From Phaeosaccion multiseriatum (Eukaryota; Protista; Ochrophyta, other classes): 64,000 nt of DNA. Both the position numbers and the translations under genes were made by a program. Below, in pieces: positions 50,466-63,938 of the stretch (the stretch's first letter is position 1; each line of letters opens with the position of its first letter). Location of the stretch: NCBI GenBank assembly GCA_965112735.1, contig OZ218951.1, forward strand, positions 4,588,001 to 4,652,000, given 5' to 3'. The notes below the pieces were generated by a model, which was not told the DNA's origin, searched no databases, and saw only the letters and a program-made list of their open reading frames with translations.

Positions 50466-51077
50466 TCACGTTTGCGAACTCTTGTTCCTCTTTTTGAAGG
50501 TGACGTATTCCGACCTTGCGGGCACGCTCACGATCTTCTTCTCGGGCAGCACACACGCCGTCAGCCTACCCCCGTACACACACCCTGTGTCAACACCCAT
50601 GGCATGGGGGTGCACCTGTAGAAGCAGAGCAGTTGGTGATACAGAGCAGAGCAGAGCAGAGCAGAGCAGAGCAGAGCAGTTGGTGATACAGAGCAGAGCA
50701 GTTGGTGACATCACGCGTCCCACCCATACCCACCAACTCTTTTCCCCACTCACCCACCCACCGTCCTGACACCCACCCACTCTCTCCCACCCGCACTCAC
50801 CCACCCACTCTCTCCCACCCGCACTCTCACCCACTGACCTGCAGCCCCCTCTCGGCATCATGCCCAAAGTACACGGTGTGTGGTCCTGTCCACGTGCGTG
50901 CCCAAGGCCAACTGAGATAGTTCTTGGAGGTAATGATGCCATTGGGCTGGATGGACCTCATGTTCATCATCAAACGAGGGTTCTGGCGCTTGAAGGTGAG
51001 TCCCGACACCATACCCGCGTGAACGCAAATGGCGTTGAGGTGGTTGGAGCGGACGTACCTGTGTGTGTGTGTGTGCG

Positions 51078-51160
<83 letters not shown>

Positions 51161-51904
51161 ATGTGTTTATGCGTAGTGTGTGTGTGTGTGTGTCAGGTGG
51201 TGGGTGTGTAGGAGGGGGCGGGTTGGGGTGGGGTGGGTGGTGGGTTGGGAGGTGCGTGCGTGGGTGGGTGGGTGGGGCGGGGTGGTGTGTGGGTGGGGAG
51301 AGGAGGGGGAAGAGAGCAACGAGGGGAAGAGGGAGAGATGTCAGTCAATGATTGAGAGGGAGGCAAGGGAAGGGGGGGCGGTGACTCAATATTGAACGCA
51401 CACACAACAAACAATCTACGCTGCCCGCCTCTTTACTTGACACGAAAGCGCTGCATGCTCTCCTGACACCCACCCACCTGCCCATTGTCCTGACACCCAC
51501 CCACCACCCACCCACCCACCCACTGTCCTGGCACCCACTCACTGACTGAAAGAACAGAACAGCGGAGCCTTACGTAAAACCCTACGCAACCTTACGTACA
51601 CACGTACCACGGGGAGGAGTACAAGAACATGGCATCCTCGTTGGAGAGCGCCTTGGCAATGTGGTAGTGCGTGGAGGCAATTTGGGGGTAGTTGGCGCCA
51701 TCTGCAATCACCTTGCGCCACCGCAGCACCTCGAACTCGTGATTGCCTCTCACCGCTATTCCCCCGAGCTGTCGCGCCATACGCACCACCCCCACACTGT
51801 CAGGACCTTTCCCCACCAAGTCACCTGGTAAGTTGGTGATACAGCAGTAGGGTAGTAGTAGTAGTAGTTGTTGTAGTTGTAGTAGTAGTAGCAGTAGTAG
51901 TAGC

Positions 51905-51948
<44 letters not shown>

Positions 51949-52008
51949 GAGTAGTAGTAGTAGTAGTGGTAGCAGTAGTAGTAGTAGTAGTAGTAGCAGT
52001 AGTAGTAA

Positions 52009-52101
<93 letters not shown>

Positions 52102-55100
52102 GGGGGTGGGCGGTAGGTGAGAAAGGGGTTGTGTGGTAGGGAGGGGTGGGTTGGGTTAGAGTGGGTTGGGGTAGGGTGGGGTGGGGTAGGGTGGGGTGGG
52201 GTGGGATGGGATGCGGTGGGGTGGGGCCCAGTAATGTCAGCTAAGCTCTGCGCTATCTACCCGATCCATCGCGCTATCTACCCGATCCATCGTGTTTGGG
52301 TCGCGCTTGCGTCGCGTCTTGGGTTTGGTTGAGTCGGTCGGGTCTGGTGGTGTCTCTATGCCTTGCCACTAATCACCCCTCCCTCTCTCCCTCCCTCCCT
52401 CCCTCAACTCACCCAAAAAGACAAGCTGGTCGCCGGGTCGGTACTCCACCTCGATGAGCAAGTCTCTCAGCTCCTGCACACACCCGTGTACATCCCCGAT
52501 GACAATCACTCTCGGCATCATACAAAGCTCGTGCAAAGCGTCCTTCCCCTTCCCCTTGCCCTTGCCCTTTCCCTTTCCCTTTCCCCTCATCTGCTGCTGC
52601 TGCTGCTGCTGGTTGGCCTTCTTGCCCTGCTTCTGAAGCTGCCACCTGCCTGCACCGCCTCCACCTCTCCCCGCCCCTCCTCCTCCTCCTCGTCCCCTGC
52701 CACTCCCACCACCCACGGCACCGCCTGATCTGCCAGTGTGAGGGAGATACTTAAGCTCAGCCAAGGGCCCCCCTGCCTTGGGAGGCCGCCCACTCTTGCC
52801 CCCTCCTGCCTCTTTGTACATTTCATCCACCATTTTGCGTAGCGCAGGTCCCACATGCTCTGGCCACCCCTTTGGCACCGCCATCTGCCTCATCAGCCAC
52901 TCCTCAGAGCTCGTGTCCACCCCGAGCAGCACTTGGTGCATCGTAGCGGGAATGTCAACATCGATATCAGAAGAAGGACCCCGTTCTTGCCGCTTTTCTT
53001 CCGTCGACTTGCTCTGCCGCTGCCGCTGCCCCTGCTCCTGCCCCTGACCCTGACCCGGGCCCTGCTGCTCTCTCGCCTCCAGTGGTGTGGCGCCCTGACT
53101 CGCTTGCCCCTCCACCCGTGACTCGCCTGCTGTGTCGCTGGTCGTCGACGCAACACTACTACTGTCACTGCCACCACCACCACTTCCACTACTAATACTT
53201 TGCCCCACTGCCACTTCAACACCTTCTCTCGGTGGTAGACTGGTGGCATCCACATTCGAATTCGCTGCTGACGTCTTATCCTCCTCCATATCTCCCTCTT
53301 TATCCACAGCACCACCACCCTCTCCATCCTCACCCCCCTTGTTGTTGTTGTTGTTGGCCAACCCTAGCAACTCACTCCCCTGACCCCCCGCCGCCGCCAT
53401 GACCATTCTCGACCGCGCTAGCAGCTCCTGGCGTGCCAAGAGCTCCTTCGCACTGGCCCTCACCGAGCTACTGCTGCTCATCATCGACGTCCATCCCTTC
53501 TCCAGTGCTTGCAAGTCCAGGAGCCTCGACTCCTCATCATCCGCAGACTCCTCTTCGTCCGCACCCCCTTCCTCAAGACTGTCTGCCACATCATCATCAT
53601 CATCATCAACGTCGTCGTCGTCGTCGTTGGTGTCGTCGTTGTCGCCCTCCAGCAAAGCCTTCTGCTCGTCCTCGTCCAGCTCATTCAGCTTCTCGTCATC
53701 ATCCTCATCATCATCATCAGTAGCAGCAGCAGCAGCCCCATCCGACCCTTCGTCCCATCCCTGAGCCTCCGACGCCACACCCACCTCCTCCTCCTCCTCC
53801 TGCTTATCCTTACCGTCACTTGTATCCGTTTCTGTCTGAGAGGAGGAGGCAGCTGTAGGAGGAGGGGAGAAGGGTCGAGCAGCTGCTCCCACTGCTGCTG
53901 CTCCCACTTCCTCTGTGACCCCGTCTCCTACCGCCGCAGCAGCAGCACCACCACTAGATTGGACGGCGTGGTTGCTGTCACTCTTCCGTTGGGGTACCCT
54001 GCTGGTGCTTTTGCTGCTCTTACCGCCTTTCCTGCTCCTCCTGGCCCCTTCCTCCTCTTGAGCTGCGGCCGAGAAGTCAAAGTCGCCAACGAGCTCGGCC
54101 ATGCGAGGAGGGGCCACTCCGTGTTGCATGGCTCGATACAGCCAGTGCTGCAGCCACGCCACCCGCAGCCTTTCGTTGCGTAGTTGCTGTGTGTTGGGTG
54201 CACACGAGAGAGAGAAGAGAGAGGAGAGGGGAAGGAGCAGGAAGATATACACATACATACATACATACATACATACATACATACATACATACATACATAC
54301 ATACATACATACATAGCAAGAAGAAGAGAGAGGAGAGGGGGGGAGAGGGACAAAGAAGGAGCGGTGGCGGCGGATTTAGGGGGTCGTGACGAGAGGGCGT
54401 AATGAAAGCATGAACGCTAAATATACCACTCCCGGTGCAACGCTCGTTGCACACATGCTACCCACGTACCATGGTACGCACCTACCATGGCAGCACTCTT
54501 TCTTGCCCGTCCGACTACCCTTCTCTCCCCCACCCCCCCTCCCACTCTCCGCGGCAGCACCTCCCTCCCTCCCTCCCTCCCTGCCTCCCTCCCTCCCTCC
54601 TTCCCTCCCTCCCTCCCTACCTGTCTTACGAGCAGCGGGCCCCCAGGCTTGCCGTCCGTTCCCTCCGTCACGATGCACCCGAAAATGTCCTTGGCGCCCT
54701 CGTTATAAGACAGCTGAGGAGTAAGCAGCATACAGAGAAATAAGCATGACAGCAACACAAGTGTAGGAGTGAGCATACAGAAGGGACATGCAGCGCAAAT
54801 GATGGACGTGTGTGGGCGTGTGTGTGGGCGTGTAGGCGTGTGTGCCAGCACATTTCCGGAGAGAACATCAAAGGAGGAGAAGGGTGGGAGGGATGGGAGG
54901 GATGGGGGGGGGGGGGTGCCTGTGTGCTGTTGCTGCTTCTGACACACACCGAGCGTAGCTTTGTTTTGAAAAGAGAGGCACATCTCAGACTACATGCATG
55001 GAAGGATGCGCATACAGTTTCAGTTTCAGGTTCCGATTTTCAATGACCATCATCGGACGTGCGGGAAATGGTATTGTACGCACCTGAATTTCGCGACATG

Positions 55101-56169
55101 GCGGGTCCAGCTCAAGCCTCACCGCCTTGGTGAGACTCGCTGCGCCACTTTTGGCTGTATGTGAAGGAGAGGGGCGCCTGCTACGAAGAGGGAAGGACTC
55201 ACCCCTCTTGGCTCCTCCTGCTGCTCCTGCCGCCGTTACCCCCCCTCCCCGACCTGGAGCCCCTGCCCCTCTCCCTGCTCCTGCCCCTCTCCCTGGTCCT
55301 CCTCCTCCCTCTCCTCTCCCCCCTGTTCCTACGCCTCTCCCCCCTGCTCCTCCCACCTCTCCTGCTCCCGTGCGCTGCTGTTTCCTCGCCACAGCTAAAC
55401 GGCTCACTTCATGCAGATCCTCTCCACTACTCTCTCTCCCTCTCCCCTCTACTTCCAACTGCTTCTGTACCACCAACTGCTGCTGCTGAGCCGCTGCCCC
55501 TCTTAGCGCCGCCTTGACTCGCTCAAAGGCAACCGCCGTCGGAGAGAGGCTCTCTCCGCCCTCCGTCGTCCCTCCTGCTGCTGCTACTGCCACTGCTGGT
55601 GCTGGCGACGCTGGTGTATTACCAACTGCTGCTGGTTGTACTGCTTCTTCACGCGCTGCTGTAGCTGATGCTGATGCTGGTGCTGGTGCTGGTACCGAAA
55701 CTCGTGGTTGCGGGGCTCGCGCTGCTGGGGCTGCTGGGCTGTTCTCCTCTCCTTGCTTTGTGGGTGGCACTGACATCGTCAGTGCCGGCACCGGAGCTAC
55801 TCCCTCCTCCACAGCCAGCTTCACCTGTTGGTTATTTGCTTTGTCGTCAGTCGATGATGCACCCCCCTGGCCCTCCTCCTCCTCCTCCTCCTTCTCCTCC
55901 TGCTCCTCCTCAACCACCCCTGCTGCTCGCTTTCTTCTCCTCCTCCTCCCCCCTCTAGTGGTGGCGGTGTCAAGGGAATTACTACTTACTACACCAACCA
56001 GTTCCCCGGGGGCCAACTCTATCCCTGCCCCTAGCCCTACCCCCAACCCTTCTGCTGCTGCTGCCGAAGACGAAGCGGGTGGGGGAGATGCATCGAGCTG
56101 CTGCAGAGGCAAAACGACCCCGTCTGCTTCTTGTTGTTGATGTTCTTGTTGTTGTTGTTGCTGCTGCTG

Positions 56170-56201
<32 letters not shown>

Positions 56202-57990
56202 GTTGTTGATGATGCGGGACTGCCCCTGCCCCTGCCCCTGTCCCTTCCCCTGCTGCCCCACCGCCACCCGTAACTATAATAGCTTCTGCTGTCTCTCCCG
56301 CCCCCGTCCCCATTTTAACCGTCAAGGTTCGGCTCGCTTCCTTCTCCTCCTCCTCCTCCTCCCTCTCTCTATCCATCCTCGCCTTGCTCTTGATCCCCGT
56401 CTCCACCTTTAGCTTCTTCTTGGCATCGGCCGCTCCTTCCTCGCTCTTCAAAATATGCAGTGCCTTCTCCATGGTGATGAGTCCCTTTGTCAGCTCGTGG
56501 TCAGCCTCCTCCTTCTCCCCCTCTGTTGCCACCTTTAGCTTCTCTGCCACCACTTCCCCCGCTCCTCCTCCCTTAAAGGATGTGGCAATAGCCGTAACGG
56601 TGTCCGTCAGTTCTTCGAGCAATTCCCTGGCTTCGTCCTCCCTTGTCGATGCGTCCTCCTCCCCAGCCCCCCCGCCACTACTGCCGCCTTTGCTCTTGCC
56701 CTTGGATTTGGAAGCCCGTGCGACACCGAAGCCCGTCTTTGGCTGAGAACGAAGGAAGAAGAATGAATCAATGGTAGGGAGGGAGAGAGGCAGTGAGGGA
56801 GAGAGACACGAAGAGCGCGTGCACGTCGCGAGACACAAGAGAGCGAGTTTTCGCCTACCTGCCCACCTACCTACCTACCCACCGCCTTGATATGAGTCAA
56901 GGGAGGGCCCTCCTCTCGACATCGATGTCGACCTCTCAAGGTTGGACTGATACATTGATTGTAAACTAGGCGAGCCCCCCCCCCCCTTCAATGTACGTCA
57001 CATCCCACTTGTGTCTCGGCCACCATGCCATCCCATCCCGAACCAAACCCAACCCTACAACGCGACAGACAGGCGAGATGGAGGGGTTTCAATTCTTTCC
57101 TTCCATCCTTCCTTCCTTCCTTCCTCACTTCTCCTACTCACCTGTGTGGACATTTTCTTCATTCGCTTCTGCTCCAACCGCCTCAGCTCGTTCCTCAATG
57201 AGGTGCCTTCCCTCTTCATCCACACAATGTCGGACTGGAGTTCCTCATAATCAAAGTCTCCGTCCGCATCAAAATAATCCCCAATTAGCTCCTCTGGGTT
57301 TAAACTTCCTCCCTCCCCCTCATCATTCTCTTCCTCTCTACCTTTTTTTGTCTTCCTTGCGCTTTTCATAGAAGCATTACTTGCGTAATTGAGAGAAGCC
57401 GCGTAAGCCCCATCAGCAGCACCACCCCCAGCAACCGGGCTCGGGCCCATCCAGAGCAAGACCGAGCCGCTACTGCCACTGCCAGTGCTTCTCCTCCTCT
57501 TCACCCCGATCCCTCTGGCCCCCACGCTGCAGTATACCGTGCTCCAACAAGGTCTGCCGCTACTGCCGTTGCTCCTACTGTCACTCCTACTGCTGCCGCT
57601 ACTGCCGCTGCTGGCAGCGCCCACCCCAGTCGCGGCTGCTGACCCACTCCTGAAGGGGACGAGGGTGGAGACGTAGGCCTGGACTTGATTCTGCACAAAA
57701 TCAGTGAATTGAGGAGGTCGTGGTGGTGGTGGTGGAGGAGGATCAGCAAGGAGTAAGAGCAAGAGGAGAAAGAAAGGGGGGAAGCGACTTACCCTCGCAG
57801 TCGGGGACAGCAAGGAGAGTCCCGCCAGCACACATGGAGCCAGGGGGGAGCAGCGACGACGTCGACGAGCGTGACCGTAATTAGACAGGCGAGGGCGTGG
57901 CAACCGCTGCTTCTGCTGCAGCTGCGGCTCGAGCTGCAGAGAGCGAGCTGCTTCCGCTCCCGCAGCTGCCTCTGCAGGGAGGGAAGCCAT
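50466..57990 (-). CDS. Calcineurin-like metallophosphoesterase (ApaH/PrpE/Ppn2-type) with a very long N-terminal extension and putative bipartite plastid presequence
   Basis: About 8 exons. Motifs VIGDVHGC, VFLGDLVGKGPDS, VRGNHE, VHAG, VYFGHDA, GVDTGCVYGGRLTA. Spliced N-terminus CVLAGLSLLSPTARNQVQA-YVSTL followed by an S/R-rich stretch. 3' end uncertain. Confidence 0.8.
51846..52098. repeat. (TAG)n array, intronic
   Basis: Read directly. Confidence 0.95.
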
Positions 57991-58043
57991 ACCTCCTCCC
58001 CTTCCGCTCGAGCCTGCTCTCACCCCTCTTTTTTTTGCTTCCC

Positions 58044-58085
<42 letters not shown>

Positions 58086-58573
58086 AGATGTCACTTATGC
58101 TTGCCAACAAAAAGGGAAAGAGGACAGACAACCCCGGGGGCCCAATTTCATTGCCTCCTGGACCTTCTTGCTCTCTGTGTTTTCATTCGCTCATATTCGC
58201 TCCTACACAACGACTGAGCCACAGACTGGGGCAGAAACAAGCAGGACATCGCCAGAAGGAGGGGAGTAGTCTCTGCGGAGAAGAGTAGGCTGTTTCTTCG
58301 CTCGTGAAGGGAGAATCCCACTTCAACCACACGGAGGGACCACGCGTTAGCACGAGACGGAAACAGCAGGAAGGGAAGCCGCAGAGTCTAGCGTGGTGGG
58401 CAAGAAGGGAGAGTTTCTACTACCATCAATAGGAGTAGTAGTAGCAGCAGCAACGGCAGGAGTAGTGGCAGGAGCTGTGCGAACCTGGTACATGCGCAGG
58501 GAGAGCAGGAGGAGGAAGCACCACATCAGCGGCAGTAGCAGCCGCAGGTTCCTTCAGTAGGCTCCTTGCCTTG

Positions 58574-59267
58574 ATGCCTACGAGTCCTACAGCTAACATG
58601 GGAGACGGAAACAGAGCAGAGAGTCCGGGCCCCACCACCAGGAGCAGAGCGAAGGTTCGACGGACGAGTATTTGTCAAGGCCCGGGGGGCCTGTCTCCAT
58701 TTCCTGCCTTATTGCGGCCGTATGTGTCCATCATCATGTTTATTCATCTGATTCCATCGTCTGTCTCCCATATATACCATCGTTTGTCTCCCATATATAC
58801 CACCGTACTGTCGTCTCTATCGTGTGATTTGAGTCTGTCTGCTGGGGCCTCCCCACATTGATCATCAACCCCTCCCTCCCTCCTCCTTCTCCCTGTCCCG
58901 CTCGTCCTGTCCCAACCGCAGAAATCAGGAGAAGGCATGCCAGCAGGTTTGGACCCCGCCAAGAGGAGCGGCGGTCGAAGCCCGCCTACGCGGCGGCAAA
59001 GCTCGGGGCAGGTACCAAAGGAAGGGAAGAAGGACAGAAGCAGCAGCGGCAGCGGTAGTAGCAGCGCCGCCTCATTAGCGGGGGCAGCAGCAGATGAAGG
59101 TGAAGGGAGCGAGGAGGTAAAGTCCAAGAGGAGCTCAAGGATGGAGCACAAGACGACGTGGTGGACGTATGTGGGGTATGTTATCATGGCCTGTATCACC
59201 ATCTTCTCTCTGCCCTCCGACATGAAGCCCTCAAAGCCCACGGTGGGCCATGTATGGTGAGGAAGGG

Positions 59268-59311
<44 letters not shown>

Positions 59312-59870
59312 CCTTCCCGTCTTCGTCCCTCCCCCTCCCCCGGACTGCAGAACAGCACCGCACCTCCTCACTCACTCATTCATGTGTGGGCGCCTTCATC
59401 TTCCATCTCCATCGAACCTCACAGACTCGTTGTAGTACGCACCTACGTACTCTCCCGTTGTTATTATAGTCAAAGTGGGACTGGGTGAGAGCAAAGTCTG
59501 TGTACGTACGTACGTACGTACGTACGTACGTACGTACCTGCCCTCACCCACCCCCATCCGGCCAAACCCAACCCTGCCCCTAGGTACTACGGCTGGATTA
59601 CGGCGATTAGCACGGGGTTAGGGGCGGTGCCTCTCATCTTCGCACGTGACTTGGGCAAGCAGATGCTCGGCATGTCCAACGCCATCGCCTGTGGCATGAT
59701 GCTGTCGGCGAGTCACAGCCTGGTGGATGAGGGCATACACCTCGAGCCCGATGACTCGGGTTGGCTCACGGAGCTGCAACGGTGTTTGATTGGCGTTGTC
59801 GGGGGCTTACTCTTCATCGTTGGCACCAAGAAGGTCCTTGACCGGTAGGTGTGGATACATGCTGGGTGGA

Positions 59871-59903
<33 letters not shown>

Positions 59904-60379
59904 TGGGCTGCGGACTATGGATGTCTCTCTCTTTGTTTCTCTCTCTCCGTCCCTCCTGCTCCGTCTGCGCCTCTAGTTCTCTTGTTAAAATCTCTTTCGT
60001 CTGTCTGTCCCCCTCTTCCTCCCCCCTCCCACCCTCTGCCTTCCTCTCCCTTTTCCCTGCCCGTACACCCACACCCACCCACTCACCCCTGTCCACACAC
60101 GCACACTCTTTCTCTCACACACACGTTCAAACCACACGTACACACGTTGGTGAACCACCCCCCCAACAGATACGAGGACATCAAGGTGGGGTCTCTGGAG
60201 GGCATGGATGCAAAGAAGGTGCTCTTGATTGTGTTCGTCATGACCCTGCACTCCTTCTCGGAGGGGGTGGGCATTGGCGTGAGCTTTGGCGGGGGGACAG
60301 GAGCCAAGCTCGGCTTCCTAATCTCAGCCACCCTTGCCGTCCATAACGTGCCCGAAGGTAGGGGTATTGGAGTGTATGT

Positions 60380-60421
<42 letters not shown>

Positions 60422-60928
60422 CACGTACTGCCCTCTCTCGCTCCAATCCCTGCCATCCACACTCCCTGTTTTTTTCTCTTCTCGCCATCCACCCACTTAC
60501 GAGTAACACCCCTCTCTTTTAACACGCCCTCAACCTCCTTTCCCCTGGTCCTCCTCCCCCTCCTCCCTCCTCCCTCTCCTCCTCCTCCTCCACCACCACC
60601 ACCACCACCTCCTCCTCCGTTAGGTCTGGCTGTTGCCCTGGTGCTGAACCCCCGAGGAATCTCCAAGAGCAACACCGGCCTTTGGTGTATCTTCACCTCC
60701 ATCCCACAGCCACTCATGGCAGTCCCCGCCTTCCTCTTTGTAGAGCAGTTCCTCCCCTTCCTGCCCGTAGGACTGGGCTTTGCAGCTGGGGCCATGTTTT
60801 ATGTTGCCTGCTTTGAGCTCTTTGCCGATGCCGTGGAAGACACGTCCAAGGCCACTGCATTCACCACCTCGGCGCTGTCATTTGTGACCATGCTCTACGT
60901 GCATGAAAAGCTGGAGAGCGGCCTGTGA
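58574..60928 (+). CDS. ZIP-family zinc/iron transporter (GufA/ZupT-like)
   Basis: Exons ~58574-58654, 58922-59256, 59584-59844, 60170-60357, 60623-60928 (start uncertain). Motifs STGLGAVP, AIACGMMLSAS, MTLHSFSEGVGIGVSF, AVHNVPEGLAV, GLGFAAGAM. Confidence 0.92.
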
Positions 60929-62068
60929 GAAGGGGAAGGACAGAGGTGTGAGCTGGGGAGCTTGGGAGCTTGGGAGATTGGGAGCTTATGAGGAGAAGGA
61001 GGAAGAGGCTCGTGATAGCTGCTTCGGGATATTGGGAGGAGGAAGGCTTGCGAGCTTTGTAATGGAAGTGAGGAAAGCTTGTGATAGAAGGGAGGCTTGG
61101 GAGGAAGGCGCTTTCGAATGGGAGGCTGAGGGAGGAGAGAGAGAGGGGGGGGGGAAGTGACTGGGGCAGATGACTGGGGAAGGTTAGGGGCCCTATTGAA
61201 GAGGCCATCGAGAGACGAGACCCGTGTTGAGTCGTTGAGTGCTTGGAGGAATGTGCAGAGGGATTGTAGGCCCTCCACGTCATTTTCGATCATAAGTCTT
61301 TCCTCCGGCCCCTTTTCGGGCGCGGTATGGGTTTGGGCTGTGAGTGCACGAGCGCCGCCGGAGCGAGACAAAGGGACACAGGGGACAGCAGAGACAGAAG
61401 GACGAGAAGGACCGGATACATGTGTTGAAACGTGCAGTGCCGTGGTTGGTGCCAAGGACGCGCGTGGCTTTGCGGGGCTCTACTGTGCCGTGATTGGAGG
61501 AGATGAGCGGAGACGGAGAGGAGAGAGGTGGAGACGTTGCTACTGAGTGGAGGGATGGAGGGATGCTATGGCCAGCTGGCTGGGCTCTCGATTTTCTTCG
61601 CTGGGGGCAGGCAGGCAGACAAGGGGGGGCGAAACTTGGGGAATGCACCGGAGGAAAGAAGGGCGAGGTGCTACCACGAACAAGAGACAAGAGGTGGCAT
61701 TGGAGCACCTCTGTAGTCGTCATAGATAGGAAGATAAGAGGATAGCATTAAAATTAGAAGGAATACAGTTAGAATACCACACACGCCCCTTTCTCCCTCC
61801 TCTTTGCGTCCCGTGGGCATGATGAGCGAGCCGACGATGCTTGCATGGTGGAAACATATATTGACTTAAGAGGAATCACCTGAGAAACTGAAACTGAAAG
61901 TGTGTGTGTGGGTGTGTGTGTGAGACGAGAGTGTCATGGTGAGGAGGAGGGGGGACGCGTGCACGATTGCATGGTGGAAGAAACATCCCACAGATGGCGA
62001 CCACACTGAGAGGTTGGAATTCCAGTACAGACCGGCCGCACAAGAACAATGGTATAACAAAATTTAAA

Positions 62069-62871
62069 ATGAGCTTGAAGAACAAGCCGCTCTGTACAAG
62101 CCACACGGCGCGCAGCACCTCCGTGTTCCTGCTGGTGCAAGTGTGAGTTGTGGTGCTCATGTTAATCGTTTCCCCACTCACCACCAATACTCTCCTTTCC
62201 TCAACCTAACTCCCTTCCCTATCCTCCCTCGCACACAGGGAAGCACGGGAGCCTCCAGGTCCTTCCGGCCCTCCTTCCTCTCCTGTCTCTCTTGTGAAGA
62301 CTGCGAAGGAGCTGAAGCTTCTCCTCCTCTCTGTATTGCGCGACATGTACGGCGCTGCTTGCTGCGCCACCGAGGCAGAGCTCGACCTCCTTGCCATGGA
62401 CGGCAGCAAGGGAGTTGGGCTGCTCAGAATCGACCAAAGGTGAGGTGACGGAGATCCAGGAAGGAAGGAAAGAAGGAAGGGGAGGGGGAGGACTAGAGAG
62501 ATCTGATCCCCTCCGCCCAGAGGGCTCTCTCGGTCAGAGGCTCTCTCGGTCGCACATTGGGATTTGCGTACTACGGGTGGTGATGGGTGGGCCACAAGTG
62601 CAGTTTGGCACCCACTCCGCCTCACCATGCTCCTTACTCCCTCCCCCCCTCCCTCCCCACCATGTATGCATCGATCGAATCGCCCCCTTCTCGCCCCTTT
62701 CCCCTCCTCCTCGGTCATAGTTTGTTGGTGCCCGTCCGAGCAGCGTTGACTCTGTGTGGGCGCGCGAGCGGCGTGGGTGACGCACCTCCTTGCCGTCTTT
62801 CCGTGTTGGAGGCCTCTCCCTTCCTCGCGGGTCTGGCGCCGGCCATCGCTACAGCTGGCCTGGACTTTTGA
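62069..62871 (+). CDS. RPP14: RNase P/MRP subunit, Rpp14/Pop5 family
   Basis: Exons 62069-62142, 62239-62439, 62721-62871. Spliced protein has LKLLLLSVLRDMYG...ELDLL...GLLRIDQSLLVPVRAALTL...RLSVLEASPFLAGLA. Not present as one ORF in the track. Confidence 0.75.
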
Positions 62872-63339
62872 TCTTTGTGATCTTTGACGACTGAGGCAAC
62901 GAGGGTATCAATCCACTTGAATGCGCTCTTCTATCGTCGTACTCTTTTGGGCTTCTCGAGATGGAGAAAGGTGGGGAGGGGGGAGGGGTTCTCGGCTCAG
63001 AGTACCTACCGTCCCCGAGGGGGTGGCGTTGCGGGCATCCCTTTCCAAGCCAGCAGACCAACCCGCCCCCCCCGGTGTGGAAGAAGAGGGGCTCCGAGGG
63101 GTCAGTGTTGTGCTACTGACGCCACCGTCCTTCCTTCCCGACGGAGGGAGGGGTCCATGTTTGGATGAATGGATCAATGGGCATGTATTCGGAGCTGGTT
63201 TTCGGGTATGTTCCTTCCCTTTGCTTCCGCTTCCCATGCCCTCCACCGTGTAGGGGTGGGGTACATTTTCAAGCAGAGCAGTTGGTTCATCGGGCTGTGG
63301 TGCGGTGAAAAGAGATGAGGTGGAGACGGATAGGACGTA

Positions 63340-63613
63340 TCAAAAGGCAATTGATGGACTACCCCTACTTCTTTTGCTCGGCCGTTCGGGTGCCTTCCCT
63401 TCCTTCCTCCCTTCAAACCTCGGGGCGGCAGCGTCTACCTCTACTCGTCTACGGCAAGTCTACCAGCAGTACACAGACGAGAGAGGGCAGGAGATGAGCG
63501 AGAGAGCAGGAGATCAGAAGGGGGGGGAGACGGACAATCTCCCCCACAAGCGGCGGGGCGGGGGACATACCTGTTTTTTTCTCTCGACAGCACAGCTCGA
63601 CAGGACACCGAGG

Positions 63614-63647
<34 letters not shown>

Positions 63648-63659
63648 GAGAGAGGGGGG

Positions 63660-63690
<31 letters not shown>

Positions 63691-63749
63691 AGAGAGAGAG
63701 AGAGGGGGAGAGAGGGAGAGAGAGGGAGAGAGGGAGAGAGAGAGAGGGA

Positions 63750-63807
<58 letters not shown>

Positions 63808-63883
63808 AAGAGAGAGAGAGGGAGAGAGAGGGAGAGGGAGAGAGAGAGGGAGAGAAAGAGAGAGGGAGAGAGAGAGAGAGAGG

Positions 63884-63938
<55 letters not shown>

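Noticed and set aside
60895-61723. Possible small minus-strand gene (…ERLMIENDVEGLQSLCTFLQAL…)
   Set aside because: No recognisable domain and no convincing start or splice structure; cannot be supported without RNA data.
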